Source: Macrostomum lignano
Taxonomy: Eukaryota
Direction: 5' to 3'
NCBI GenBank assembly: GCA_002269645.1
Contig: NIVC01003466.1
Location: forward strand, 1 to 64,000
Length of the DNA: 64,000 nucleotides
Shown here: piece after piece, positions 34,389-48,112 of the stretch
How positions within the stretch are numbered: the first letter of the stretch is position 1
How the letters are laid out: each line of letters starts with the position of its first letter
Notes under the pieces: model-generated
Seen by the model: only the letters and a program-made list of their open reading frames with translations
The model's database searches: none
What the model was told of the DNA's origin: nothing
Made by a program: the position numbers and the translations under genes

Positions 34389-37300
34389 ATGAAAGTGTCC
34401 GACCTAATTGCCGAGCTGTTGAACGCGGCCGAGAAATCTGCCGAGCTGGCCAGGGCCATCAGGCGAGAGGAGTCGCTTTTCCACCTGCTGATTGAGGAGA
34501 AAACCGGCGACGATAAGAACAAGAGGTTCGGCTTCGACTTCAAAACTCTGGCTGACGTGCTGGTGCAGGAGATGATTCGGTTCGACCTGAACAAGAAGGT
34601 GAGGCGTGAGACACCGGGGGACATTCGAGAGCTGCCTACTGGATAGGTCTATAGGACGAGTAGCACAGTGGTAAAGCGCCGACTTACTTGACTCAGCTGC
34701 AGGCAGGGGGTTCCAGGCATCCGGATATAGTGGGGAGGCGTCGCCGTCCATTCCGCTGACCCCTGGCGACCACGGTCGCGGTCGCCTCCAGAAAGTCCAG
34801 GAGGTGGATGGTCGCTCGCCCGGTAGCCCTAAGGTAAGGGGACGAGCTGGTAGAGGTTCTCGAGCCCGAAAATGTCGGAGAAGTCCGGGTTTGGGCCGAA
34901 GTAGGTGAGCCTGTCCTGATTAAGACTTCAAGGTGAAGTGCTTCGCATTCTCTACACCGGAGAAGCAGGATGGGCATTCCTCTCTACGGATTTTTCCCTG
35001 GAGGTAGCGATGCCGGCAAAACAGAAATGACTACAGAGGGCCATGGTCACCGCCCTGATGTCCCTGCGGTTGAGTCCAAGCAGGGCCCTGCGGATGGGCA
35101 GGGGAAGGACAGGGGACAGCCGCGCGGGATTGCCGGCAGCGCTAGCCCACCCACTAGTTAATCCGAGTGGTGAGGTAAAGTGCCAGAGTCCTGTACTCTG
35201 CAGGGAAATCGACCCGAGGCTTGTTGTCGTGAGATAAATGGGCATCATGAGAGCCAACCCACCCCAAGACGCAGAGAGAGTACATGCCTACTCACGACGG
35301 GAGAATCAAGGCCACTGCGTGCCCTGTGTGATTGTGTACCTGCGTGCTCAGGCGTTAGCGGAATGGGCATCGAGACACCAAGTCTTTGAGACAGAAGCTT
35401 TCACTTCACTCCAAATGGCAATGGTGACAAATTACACGTGCTTCAAGCATTTCAAGATTTGCAAACGTAACAATCCTTTATTTATTTACCATTCTTGAGG
35501 TCACTTTCAAACCCAACGACCAAATATCCCAGAGCAGACCAGTTCTCTACAATCAATGCAACAAGATGCTTAGAGGCAGGGGGGTTGTGTGCACCCTGGC
35601 GCACTTTAAGCGACACAGGCACACAACCGGCGAGAGGCATTACTGCCCATTCCGCCGACAACAACAAGATGCTTAGGCGGGGTCATTGTTTGCCCCATCA
35701 TGAAACCCAGAGAAAAAGCAGAACCATCTGCATCCAATTCAGTAAGACACTCAGCGAAACTGTTCGGCATCTGGATTACTTATCAGTGGCTCAGTTCCCT
35801 TATGATAAAATATTTACTGCAGGACGGGCTTAAGCCGTATTTTCTCTGCACCCAATCGTGCTCGCTGAGCCGAAGATGAGGCTGAGAGACCGCGAGAAGA
35901 AGCGCAGGAAATGGGATCTCGTCTTCCTGCTACTGTTATCCCCATCATCCCCCTACTGGTGGGATAATCCATTGCTGGCAAGATATTGGGATTAATGTCA
36001 GTCTGAGAACTCTTTGCTCAAACCACCGTGTCTTGAAATGTAGAAGTAGACAGAATTATTCAATCGCATTGATTGGCTGATGTGCTGCTTGTACATCAAA
36101 AGACTATCAATGCTGGGGTCGCACACAGGGCTGGCAGTTGTGATGGCTTGGTGATTATTCAGTAGTCATGAACTAGTGATGCGTAGTTTGAAGTCAAACT
36201 GCATTCTAAGTCGTCAATTCAATTTTTAACTCTCTCGCACTTTTGCACTCTCTCTATTTTGCACACGCACCTTTCCATTTTTATCTTTCGCTATCTCAAC
36301 CTCTCTGCTTCCCTCTGCCCCTCACCCTCCCTGTCTCACCCTCCCTGTCTCACCCTCCCTGTCTTACACTCCGTGTCTTAACCTCCCCGTCTCATGCTCC
36401 CTGCCTCACCCTCCCTGTCTGACCCTCCCTGTCTTTCCCTCCCTGTCTGACACTCCCTGTCTGACCCTCCCTGTCTGACCCTCCCTGTCTCACCCTCCCT
36501 GCCTCACCCTCCCTGTCTCACCCTCCCTGTCTCACCCTCCCTGCCTCACCCTCCCTGTCTCACCCTCCCTGTCTCACCCTCCCTGCCTCACCCTCCCTGT
36601 CTCACCCTCCCTGTCTCACCCTCTTAGTCTCACCCTCCCTGTCTCACCCTCCCTGCCTCACCCTCCCTGTCTCACCCTCCCTGTCTCACCCTCTCTGTCT
36701 CACCCTCCCTGTCTCACCCTCCCTGTCTCACCCTCCCTGTCTCACCCTTCCTTGTTTAACTCTCTCTTATAATTGAATTCATCAATTACGTTGCGTCGGC
36801 TCTAGCTAGGGCTAAGCAAAACAGCTGCACCGAGTGTCTGCTTGTGTTTGTCGTTCTCCCCTCTCTTGTTCCCCCTTCCTATTCGCTCTCTCTCTTTCCT
36901 AATCTTCTTCCTACCTTCCCCTAATTATTTCTTTCCCCGAACTGGAGAATTTTCTATTTCGACACCTTTAATCAAATTTTCTTTTCCTGGCCAAAATGTG
37001 AACGCGAATACGCGCTCACAAAAGTCCCACTCTTTGCCCGCATGCTCCAGTCCGCACTAATCATTCATTGAAAACGCTTCAAAAAGTGGATCTCCAATAT
37101 CTCCAATACAGCCAATTTTTATTAACCGATAGTCTGGTGCCATTGGCACTCATTTAGGCGCTATCGACACTTATTTTGGCGCTATCGACACTCATTTAGG
37201 AGCTATCGGCACTCATTTAGGAGCTATCGGCACTCATTTAGGAGCTATCGGCACTCATTTAGGAGCTATCGGCACTCATTTAGGAGCTATCGGCACTCAT

Positions 37301-40300
37301 TTAGGCGCTATCGACACTTATTTTGGCGCTATCGACACTCATTTAGGAGCTATCGGCACTCATTTAGGAGCTATCGGCACTCATTTAGGAGCTATCGGCA
37401 CTCATTTAGGAGCTATCGGCACTCATTTAGGAGCTATCGGCACTCATTTAGGAGCTATCGGCACTCATTTAGGAGCTATCGGCACTCATTTAGGAGCTAT
37501 CGGCACCCATTTAGGCGCTATCGACACTCATTTAGGAGCTATCGGCACCCATTTAGGCGCTATCGACACTCATTTAGGAACTATCGGCACCCATTTAGGA
37601 GCTATCGGCACCCATTTAGGAGCTATCGGCACCCATTTAGGAACTATCGGCACCCATTTAGGAGCTATCGGCACCCATTTAGGAGCTATCGGCACCCATT
37701 TAGGCGCTATCGACACTCATTTAGGAGCTATCGGCACCCATTTAGGCGCTATCGACACTCATTTAGGAACTATCGGCACCCATTTAGGAGCTATCGGCAC
37801 CCATTTAGGAGCTATCGGCACCCATTTAGGAACTATCGGCACCCATTTAGGAGCTATCGGCACCCATTTAGGAGCTATCGGCACCCATTTAGGCGCTATC
37901 GACACTCATTTAGGAACTATCGGCACCCATTTAGGAGCTATCGGCACCCATTTAGGAGCTATCGGCACCCATTTAGGCGCTATCGGCACCCATTTAGGCG
38001 CTATCGGCACTCATTTAGGCGCTATCGGCACTCATTTAGGAGCTATCGGCACCCATTTAGGCGCTATCGACACTCATTTAGAAGCTATCGGCACCCATTT
38101 AGGCGCTATCGACACTCATTTAGGAGCTATCGGCACTCATTTAGGAGCTATCGGCACTCATTTAGGAGCTATCGGCACTCATTTAGGAGCTATCGACACT
38201 CATTTAGGAGCTATCGGCACTCATTTAGGAGCTATCGGCACTCATTTAGGAGCTATCGGCACCCATTTAGGCGCTATCGACACTCATTAGGAACTATCGG
38301 CACCCATTTAGGAGCTATCGGCACCCATTTAGGAGCTATCGGCACCCATTTAGGAACTATCGGCACCCATTTAGGAGCTATCGGCACCCATTTAGGAGCT
38401 ATCGGCACCCATTTAGGCGCTATCGACACTCATTTAGGAACTATCGGCACCCATTTAGGCGCTATCGGCACTCATTTAGGAGCTATCGGCACCCATTTAG
38501 GCGCTATCGACACTCATTTAGGAACTATCGGCACCCATTTAGGAGCTATCGGCACTCATTTAGGAGCTATCGGCACCCATTTAGGCGCTATCGGCACTCA
38601 TTTAGGCGCTATCGGCACCCATTTAGGAGCTATCGGCACTCATTTAGGAGCTATCGGCACCCATTTAGGCGCTATCGACACTCATTTAGGAACTATCGGC
38701 ACCCATTTAGGAGCTATCGGCACCCATTTAGGCGCTATCGGCACCCATTTAGGCGCTATCGGCACTCATTTAGGCGCTATCGGCACCCATTTAGGAGCTA
38801 TCGGCACTCATTTAGGAGCTATCGGCACCCATTTAGGCGCTATCGGCACTCATTTAGGCGCTATCGGCACCCATTTAGGCGCTATCGGCACTCATTTAGG
38901 CGCTATCGGCACTCATTTAGGCGCTATCGGCACCCATTTAGGAGCTATCGACACTCATTTAGGAACTATCGGCACCCATTTAGGCGCTATCGACACTCAT
39001 TTAGGAGCTATCGGCACTCATTTAGGAGCTATCGGCACTCATTTAGGAGCTATCGGCACTCATTTAGGAGCTATCGGCACTCATTTAGGAGCTATCGGCA
39101 CTCATTTAGGAGCTATCGGCACTCATTTAGGAGCTATCGGCACCCATTTAGGCGCTATCGACACTCATTTAGGAGCTATCGGCACCCATTTAGGCGCTAT
39201 CGACACTCATTTAGGAGCTATCGGCACCCATTTAGGCGCTATCGACACTCATTTAGGAGCTATCGGCACCCATTTAGGCGCTATCGACACTCATTTAGGA
39301 ACTATCGGCACCCATTTAGGAGCTATCGGCACCCATTTAGGAGCTATCGGCACCCATTTAGGAACTATCGGCACCCATTTAGGAGCTATCGGCACCCATT
39401 TAGGCGCTATCGACACTCATTTAGGAACTATCGGCACCCATTTAGGAGCTATCGGCACTCATTTAGGAGCTATCGGCACCCATTTAGGCGCTATCGACAC
39501 TCATTTAGGAACTATCGGCACCCATTTAGGAGCTATCGGCACCCATTTAGGAGCTATCGGCACTCATTTAGGAGCTATCGGCACCCATTTAGGCGCTATC
39601 AACACTCATTTAGGAACTATCGGCACCCATTTAGGAGCTATCGGCACCCATTTAGGCGCTATCGGCACCCATTTAGGCGCTATCGGCACCCATTTAGGCG
39701 CTATCGGCAGTCATTTAGGCGCTATCGGCACCCATTTAGGCGCTATTGACACTCATTTAGGCTTACACCCAGGTCCCCAGCATGCAGAGTAATTAAACAG
39801 CTGTCTAAGTGTGGCATCTGCAATCACCCAGTCTCTGCCCAACACTCACGCCTACAATTATTATCCGGAATGAGGACATTGCTCCGCTGCAACACCTCAC
39901 GGATAGTTCCTAGAGGGGGGGGGAGGGCAGCACTGCCATTCCGTATAGATTTACTCAACTAACATTGCTCATCCCTAGAGACAAAAAACCTGTCCGAGAC
40001 TGTCTCTTGTCGCTGATAAAGGCAATTTGTAACTCCCGGCACAGTTTGCAAGCTACCATGCCCAAATTTTTTGCTCTCGTCTGTTCCATCGCGTTCCAGC
40101 CAATGCGTCTCTTCTCCCGCTCCCATTGCTCTCTCTCTCTGCTCAGTTGCTTCACTGATCGAAAGCTGTATGGATGTTGCTGCAAGCGGAAGGTACTCTA
40201 GGGCTACGGCTCTCTTCCGTCACCATGCTGGGGCTATAGCCCACTCCTGTCACTCTACTGGGGGCTACAGCCCTCTCCCGCGACTCTACTGGGGGCTACA

Positions 40301-43300
40301 GCCCTCTCCCGTTACTCTGCTGGGGGCTACAGTCCTCTCCCGTCACTCTGCTGGGGGCTACAGCCCTCTCCCGTCACTCTGCTGGGGGCTACAGCCCTCT
40401 CCCGTCACTCTGCTGGGGGCTACAGCCCTCTCCCGTCACTCTGCTGGGGCTACAGCTCTCTCCTGTCACTGCTGTGTGGGGCTACAGTCTCCTGCACTCT
40501 GCTGAGGAGGGGGTTACATCCCTCTCCTGCCACAACCAGAAGCAAGCAATGCCAAAATTCAAACCTGGAGGTCTCTTTTAAAATGCCAGCCACAATGCCC
40601 CAGGTGTTCCAGCAAAACAAAATCCGTCAATCCGACACAGCAAATGAAATCGTGCTAATTCCCGAGCACTGCAGTCCCGCATTAATGTCTAGACGGGGTC
40701 CTGAGACGAAGAAAAACAAATCAATCGTGCCTGACTGACAGTCTGGCCCTGTCTAGATCCCAGCAGTGTTTTGGCGACGTCTTCAGAAAATAGACCCCGG
40801 CTGAGCACAGACAGTCTCAGTACAACTGTTGACAGTTTTGCCCGGAAATTTCGCTCCATTTGTTCGTTCAACAGTGTCGCAGCATTTTGTGCTTTCATAA
40901 TCCCCTATAATCCACCTCTGTTGTAACAATGTCTCTCGTATAAGTACTACTGACTCACTTTGGGATTCACTATCTCACTCATTCTCTCCACTCATTCTCT
41001 CACTCATTCTCTCACTCATTCTCTCACTCATTCTCTCACTCATTCTCTCACTCTCTCACTCATTCTCTCACTCATTCTCTCACTCTCTCACTCATTCTCT
41101 CACTCATTCTCTCACTCTCTCACTCATTCTCTCACTCATTCTCTCACTCATTCTCTCACTCATTCTCTCACTCTCTCACTCATTCTCTCACTCATTCTCT
41201 CACTCTCTCACTCATTCTCTCACTCATTCTCTCACTCTCTCACTCATTCTCTCACTCATTCTCTCACTCTCTCACTCATTCTCTCACTCATTCTCTCGCT
41301 CATTCTCTCACTCATTCTCTCACTCATTCTCTCACTCTCTCACTCATTCTCTCACTCATTCTCTCACTCATTCTCTCACTCATTCTCTCACTCATTCTCT
41401 CACTCATTCTCTCACTCTCTCACTCATGAACTCGCTCATGAAACTTACTCATGAACTCACTCATGAACTCACTCATGAACTCACTCATGAACTCACTCAT
41501 GAACTCACTCATGAACTCGCTCATGAACTCACTCATGAACTCGCTCATAACTCACTCATGAACTCCCTCATGAATTCACTCATGAACTCCCTCATGAACT
41601 CACTCATGAACTCCCTCATGAACTCACTCATGAACTCACTCATGAACTCACTCATGAACTCACTCATGAACTCACTCATGAACCGATTCATTAACTCACT
41701 CATGAACTCACTATAATCTCACTCATAAACTCCCTCATGAAGTCACTCATAAACTCACTCATGAACTCACTATAATCTCACTCATAAACTCCCTCATGAA
41801 ATCACTCATGAACTTACTCACGAACTCACTCGTGAAATCACTCATTAACTCATTAACAAACTCGTGAGAACTCACAAAGTGCCCCTTCCCTGAAACTAAA
41901 GCTCCGCACAATTCTGAGCAAGCTCTGTCTCAATTTTTCCCCGCCATTCCAATCGCTCTAACAAGTGGCCGCCACAGCCACGCCTCGGGGCAGATTGGCC
42001 TCGGAAAGGCGCTTCAATGGTCTCGAGCGCGACGCCCCCCTTCTCAATAGTCCCAACCTCAGTCTCCCGCTTCGCTGCTTTTCATCTTCCCTCAAGCGAC
42101 CACTTCATTCTGGCTGACGGGTGAGGGAGTGGGTCAAAGACGAGAACAGAAAGAGGCCGGCAGCAGAGCATCAGCGGTTTGCTGCTTGCCAGGAAAAGAG
42201 GCAAAAGTGCAGCTGCCCAACAGCTCCATCCGTTGGGCTGCTTGGCTCTTGGGGAAGAGGTTGACTGAGGTCAGCGCACTCTGAGCACTCTCTGTGCAGC
42301 TTCAAAAATAGAATTTTTATTAGAATTCGATGTAAAATCTATGAAAAAATCAAATAAATCGAATGATTGTACTTTTAAACTTACTTCTTAAAAGATTGAC
42401 TTGACTGCTTGGAGAAGAAGAATTTCAGAGCTTTAATATTTGCTTTATTCCGGTCAAGGACTACTTAAGTAGGCCGACTATAGTGGTCCTTGAGCCAGGG
42501 TTAAGTAAACAGTGCCAATGTTCAAGCAACTGACGAACTTCGGATGCAGAAACTGGGACATGGGTTCCAGCTTTCAGCTGGGAAAACGAGAGAGAATAGC
42601 GGAGCGGGAAAAAGAAGAGGCAGAGAGCAAGGTTGGAAGGCAGACTGAATCAGGCATAAACAGTTTTAACCATTGTTTCTGCATGAAATTGTTTTATGCA
42701 GCACAGTCAGCTGCAGCAGCGACATCAGGCAAGTGAGGGGCCGCCAAACCAGGTATCTGGCGGCGCCAAAAAAATGAGTGTCTGAGGGCGCCAAATTGGG
42801 TGTCTGGCGGCGCCAAAAACTGGTTGTCTAAGTGCCCCAAAATTGGATGTCTTGGAGCGCCAAAAAATTGGTGTCTGATGGCGCCAAAAATGGGTGTCTG
42901 AGGGCGCCGAAACCTGGGTGTCTGAAGGCGCCGAAACCTGGGTGTCTGAGGGCGCCGAAACCTGGGTGTCTGATGGCACCAAAAACTGGGTGTCTGAGGG
43001 CGCCGAAACCTGGGTGTCTGAGGGCGCCAAAAACTGTGTGTCTGAGGGCGCCAAAAAGTGTGTGTCTGAGGGCGCCAAAAACTGTGTCTGAGGGCGCCAA
43101 AAACTGTGTGTCTGAGGGCGCCAAAAACTGGGTGTCTGAGGGCGCCAAAAACTGGGTGTCTGAGGGCGCCAAAAACTGAGTGTCTGAGGGCGCCAAAAAC
43201 TGGGTGTCTGAGGGCGCCAAAAACTGGGTGTCTGGCGGCGCCAGAACTGGGGCGTCTCCTCGGATTCTACTCCGGGAAAAAGCCCCCATTCTACTTTGCG

Positions 43301-43972
43301 ATTAATGCAGTTTGCACACTCCCGCCCGCTTTATTTTTATTATTCCAACGCAAACCTCCTTCATCTCGACTGAAGTGCGGAGAACAAAAAAACTCCCATT
43401 AAGCTTTCGTGCAGGCGAGTTCTCGTTTATCCATCAACAAACGTCTATTTTTACCTCGTTTTTTCATTGCAGTTCTCCGGAATCGGGAAACGAGTCACCG
43501 GGGAGGAGAATAACAAATTCACAAACTTTGCGGGTGATAAGTTCAGCCTGGAGATTAAAGACAACAAGAAGAAGACAACCGCTTTGCTGTGTAAGCATTC
43601 GCTTTTATAAATATTTATGATCCTGAAAATTTCAGAGTATGGAGGGATTAAGCAAAAGCAGCTTAAACAGCAAAAAACAAAAACAAAAGTAACAAGGAAC
43701 GACAATCATAGTAATAACAATAACAACAACAGCAACAGGAACAAAAGCAACAAAAACAACAGCAACAACAACGGCAACAACAACGGAAACAACAACAACA
43801 GCAACATCAACAACAACAGCAAGAACAACAGCAACAAATTAAAAGCAACAACAATAACACATCTGCTGCCTTGACAACCAACTGCATGTAGTGCATGTTT
43901 CCATTATTGTGCGTTTTTTAGCCTTTCCTGTCTCCCCACCTCTCAGAAACGAGCAAATCGGACAGTCTCGAG

Positions 43973-44034
<62 letters not shown>

Positions 44035-47000
44035 CAGATTTTGTAGCAAATCCGTGAAGCAGAGCATTTCAAAAAATTGCCTCCCTCCTGGCGCTCTGAG
44101 CTGCCCGATCTTTAAATAACCATGCTAGCAAATAACTAGCAAATCCAACTACCGCTTGCAAGCTATCAGATTGCTTTAGGCAGATGGAGAGAGGACTGCT
44201 CTTGTGAGCAAATCCGGATTTGGAGCACAGGTTGTCGTCTTCCTGTGATTTTGGGTGACACTCTACACTGTTTTATCGGATGGGTTATTCAATTTTTTTA
44301 GATTTCAGATTTTTAATTTTAGCATAGTGGATTGTTCTCCTGTCTGTAAGTTGTTTGTTCTTCGTTCCCGATCCGCCCCTGAGAATCACTCCTGATCCGC
44401 CCCTGAGAATCACTCCCGATCCGCCCCTAAGAATCACTCCTGATCCGCCCCTGAGAATCACTCCTGATCCGCCGCTGAGAATCACTCCTGATCCGCCGCT
44501 GAGAATCACTCCTGATCCGTCCCTGAGAGTCACTCCTTATCCTCTCAGGATAAGGAGAGAGGATATAGAGGAGAGAGAGAGGATATAGAGAGCCTATGAG
44601 AGTCAGTCACTCCTTATCAGCCTATGAGAGTCAGTCACTCCTTATCCGACCATGAGAGTCAGTCACTTCTTATCCGACCATGAGAGTCAGTCACTCCTTA
44701 TCAGCCCATGAGAATCAGTCACTCCTTATCCGACCATGAGAGTCAGTCACTCCTGATCCGCCCGTGAAAGTCATTCCTTATCCGCTGCTGAGAATCACAC
44801 CTGATCCGCCCGAGAGAGTCACTCCTGATCCGACCCTGAGAATCACTCCTTATCCGCCGATGAGAGTCAGTTACTCCTTATCCGCCCGTGAGAGTCACTC
44901 TTTATCCGCCCATGAGAGTCAGTCCTGAGTCACACGCAATAAGACAACATGCCGCCGCCTCAAACCTGCACGATACTAAAATTTCACCTCAGGCAAGATT
45001 CTGGACGGCAACGATCGAGCTGCCACCACGCTGGCCAATTTGGTTCACGAAGACGTTACTGTGCCGCGGCCGCCCGAACTGGAGAAACTGGAGTCCCTGG
45101 AGCTCGACAAAAAGGAGATCGGAATCTGGATTGATCCAATTGGTGAGGACGCGAAGCGGAGGGTGGGGCTTCGAATTTAGGGTGTGTGGGATTGAGGGGT
45201 GGGATTGGGGGTGGGATTGATGGGTGTGATTGAAGGGTGGCATTGAAGGGTGGGATTGAAAGGTGGGATTGAGAGGGTGAGATTGAGAGGGTGGGATCGG
45301 AATCTGGATTGATCCCATTGGTGGGGACGCGAAGCGGAGGGTGGGGCTTCTGCCAGAGCGTGGGATTGAGGGTGTGTGGGATTGAGAGGGTGGGATTGAG
45401 AGGGTGGGATTGAGGGGGTGGGATTGAGGGGTGGGATTGAGGGGGTGGGATTGAGGGGTGGGATTGAGGGGGTGGGATTGAGGGGTTAGGAGTGAGGGTG
45501 TGGGATTGATTGGGTAAGATTGAAGGGTGGGTCTAACTAACCAAGAATAGGAAGACACCGGAAGAGAAAGCTCAAGACAGAATCAAGATTTCCACATCAA
45601 ACCCTCAGACGGCACCGCTGAGTACATCTCGGGCAGCCGGGACCCGGAATTCCGGCCTGGCGAGAACATCAGCCAGAACGGCCTGCCAAACGTGACGGTG
45701 CTGATCGGGGTGTACGAAAGGTCCACCGGCCTGCCAATCATTGGCGTCATCAACCAGCCGTTCTTCAAGACCGAGGATGGCAAGATGTGAGGACTGGCCT
45801 TTGTCGGCGCCCTATCACTGGAGTAATGGCGCTATAACTGTGGCGCCCTATATTGACGCACTAGCTGTGGCGCCATAGTGATACAAAAATTCTGGCAGCC
45901 ATTAGCCAACATATTTTCAATTAAAAAGATTGTGAGCTCACGCAAATTATTCAGCAAAGCAAAAGAATTCTTACAAAGCGGAGTAATGTATGTTAGCTGA
46001 ATTCTAAGCAAGGAAGAGAGGAGAAGTTAATCCGCCCACAGAGGGAGTTCCTCAATCATTTCTGTCGCAGGGGCGGGGATTTAATGAAAGATGTTCTCGC
46101 GTGCCGCGTCCCCCTGTCTCCCTATCTTCAGCTCGTGTCCGCAACGAATCTCGGCAGTTATTGAGCCAAGGCAGCGCTGGCAGAATTAAAACGCACAGCT
46201 GAGTCAGTTGCTAGGGGGGGGGTGTGATAGAGTTGAGCCCACAGAAATTAATCCATCGATTTTTCTGAGGCTCGAGTCCGGGAGCCGGGGGTAGAGCGGT
46301 TTTTCGATGGGCATTTGGGATTTTTTCGTCACACTTGCAATCGGTGTATCGCCGCAAAACCATTATAAAAACCTCACTGAACTACCCTGAGAATCGCCCC
46401 TGAACTACGCTGAGAATCGCCCCTGAACTACCCTGAGAATCGCCACTGAACCACCCTAAAAATCGCCACTGAACCACCCTGAGAATCGCCCCTGAGCTAC
46501 CTTGAGAACGCCCTTAAATACCCTAAGAATCGCCCCTGAACTACCCTAAGAATCGCCACTGAACTACCCTGAGAATCGCCCCTGAACTACCTTGAGAACG
46601 CCCTTAAATACCCTAAGAATCGCCCCTGAACTACCCTAAGAATCGCCGCTGAACTACCTTGAGAATCGCCCCTGAACTACCTTGAGAATCGCCCCTGAAC
46701 CACCCTAAGAATCGCCACTGAACCACCCTAAGAATCGCCACTGAACCACCCTAAGAATCGCCACTGAACCACCCTAAGAATCGCCACTGAACCACCCTAA
46801 GAATCGCCACTGAACCACCCAAAGAATCGCCACTGAACTACCCTGAGAATCGCCACTGAACCACCCTGAGAGTCGCCACTGAACCACCCTAAAAATCGCC
46901 ACTGAACCACCTCAAGAATCGCCACTGAACCACCCTAAGAATCGCCACTGAATCGCTTTGTAAATCTCAGAAAACCAGGTGCGATTGTCAGATGTTTTTA

Positions 47001-47640
47001 GCAGATTCTCATCTAGTTCAAGAGCGATTCCCATGACGCTTCAGAGGCAAGAGGCATGAGGTATTCGCTGTCTCATACCCCATTCTCATACCGCCTCCCG
47101 TCTCCCCCCACCAGCTGGAGCGGCCGCATGGTGTGGGGCGCCTGCATCGGCGACGCCCGCGTCACCAGCGTGCCGCACGGGCGCGACCAGCCGCCAGTGG
47201 GCGAAGCCGAGAAGCCCGCCGTGGTGACGTCAATGTCCGACTGCAAGAAGCTGGGCACCTACCTGTGCGAGAACTTCGACATTCTCACCGCCCCTGGCGC
47301 CGGCTACAAGCTGCTGTGCGTCATCGATCGGCTGTGCTCAGCCTACGTGCTGTCCAAGGACAACACCTACAGGTGGGACACCTGCGCTCCTCACGCAATC
47401 CTGCGATCCCAGGGCGGCGGAGTTGTCAAGCACCAGTCGGCGCTGACTGCCGACCTGTCCGGAGGTGGCGGCAGCGGCGGTGGCGCTTGCGACAAAGCCC
47501 TGCGCGACCTGCAGCTGACCTACCACAAGGCCGAGCCGAAGGCCTCCGGCTCCAATGCCTGGTGCAACATGCAGGGCGTCATCGCCTACTCGGACCCGGA
47601 GGTGCTGCAGCGCCTGGTGGCCAGCCTGACCAAGAAGTGA
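34389..47640 (+). CDS. INPP1: Inositol polyphosphate 1-phosphatase, 393 aa
   Basis: Exons 34389-34598, 43473-43590, 44993-45142, 45609-45786 and 47115-47640 (phases 0,1,1,2). Motifs FKTLADVLVQE, GEE, GIWIDPI|DGT, GVINQPF, GAGYK and RWDTCAPHAILR. Confidence 0.95.
34840..35130 (-). mobile_element. Decayed LINE 3' fragment in INPP1 intron 1
   Basis: LLGLNRRDIRAVTMALCSHF followed, after a frameshift, by CPSCFSGVENAKHFTL (degenerate CCHC knuckle). Confidence 0.55.
35248..35369 (+). mobile_element. Degenerate SINE body (family of 47740)
   Basis: Shares GAGAGCCAACCC...GTACATGCCTA...TGCTCAGG..GCGGAATGGGCA with 47875-48030. Confidence 0.6.
35586..35659 (-). mobile_element. SINE 3' fragment (family of 47740)
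   Basis: Reverse complement closely matches 48015-48088. Confidence 0.7.
36320..36750. repeat. 14-bp pyrimidine-rich minisatellite (CTCACCCTCCCTGT)
   Basis: About 30 units in INPP1 intron 1. Confidence 0.9.
37145..39765. repeat. 21-bp minisatellite (CATTTAGGAGCTATCGGCACT/C), largest array
   Basis: About 125 units with a few recurring variant positions. Confidence 0.97.
40250..40500. repeat. 31-bp minisatellite (TGGGGGCTACAGCCCTCTCCCGTCACTCTGC)
   Basis: About 7 units. Confidence 0.85.
40965..41840. repeat. Compound 12-bp array: CTCACTCATTCT changing to CTCACTCATGAA at about 41425
   Basis: The second half is the reverse complement of the 1616-2245 unit. Confidence 0.93.
42780..43240. repeat. 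24-bp minisatellite (GTGTCTGAGGGCGCCAAAAACTGG)
   Basis: About 19 units. Confidence 0.9.
43700..44032. repeat. Degenerate (AAC)n and (CA)n(GA)n microsatellites
   Basis: 43700-43860 and 43975-44032 in INPP1 intron 2. Confidence 0.85.
44370..44920. repeat. 24-bp minisatellite (GATCCGCCCCTGAGAATCACTCCT) with degenerate continuation
   Basis: INPP1 intron 2. Confidence 0.85.
45180..45520. repeat. G-rich 14-17-bp repeat (GGGTGGGATTGAG)
   Basis: INPP1 intron 3. Confidence 0.85.
46375..46950. repeat. 23-bp minisatellite (CTGAACCACCCTAAGAATCGCCA)
   Basis: About 25 units in INPP1 intron 4. Confidence 0.9.
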
Positions 47641-47739
47641 GACCGAACAGAATTTTCCGAGGCGGCTTAACGATGCACTATCTTAGGCCCAAGGCTCAAT
47701 TTCGCTTAAATACGCATTGGCGAGATATAGGAAAGGGTA

Positions 47740-48112
47740 GGTGCCGTAGCCCAGTGGTCAAGCGCGGCGCTCTGATGTGCCAGCGGTCCAGGTTCGATTC
47801 CAAGTGCAGTCACATTAATTTTGGGGCTAAATTGGAATCTCGGGTTGGCTCTGCTCGTGCAATTAACGACCTTGAGAGCCAACCCCCCAATGCACAGTGA
47901 AGTGTACATGCCTAACGATAAATATAGATAGGGCCGCTGTACACTCCTGTGTGAGTGTGTGCCTGTGCGTATGACTGCGTACGTATCCGCGCGCTTGTGT
48001 GCCTGCTCAGGGGAGTCGGCGGAATGGGCAGTAATGCGTCTCGCCGGCTGTGTGACAATGTCGGTTAAAGTGCGCCAGGGTGCACACAGCCACTGGTGCT
48101 TCGCTTCCATTT
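47740..48112 (+). mobile_element. tRNA-derived SINE just downstream of the INPP1 stop
   Basis: A box TAGCCCAGTGG (47747-47757) and B box GGTTCGATTCC (47791-47801). Body homologous to 9300-9377, 35248-35369, 35586-35659 and 53580-53725. Confidence 0.8.

Noticed and set aside
37145-39765. Regular arrays resembling CRISPR
   Set aside because: Units are contiguous with no unique spacers, there are no cas genes, and the context is eukaryotic.
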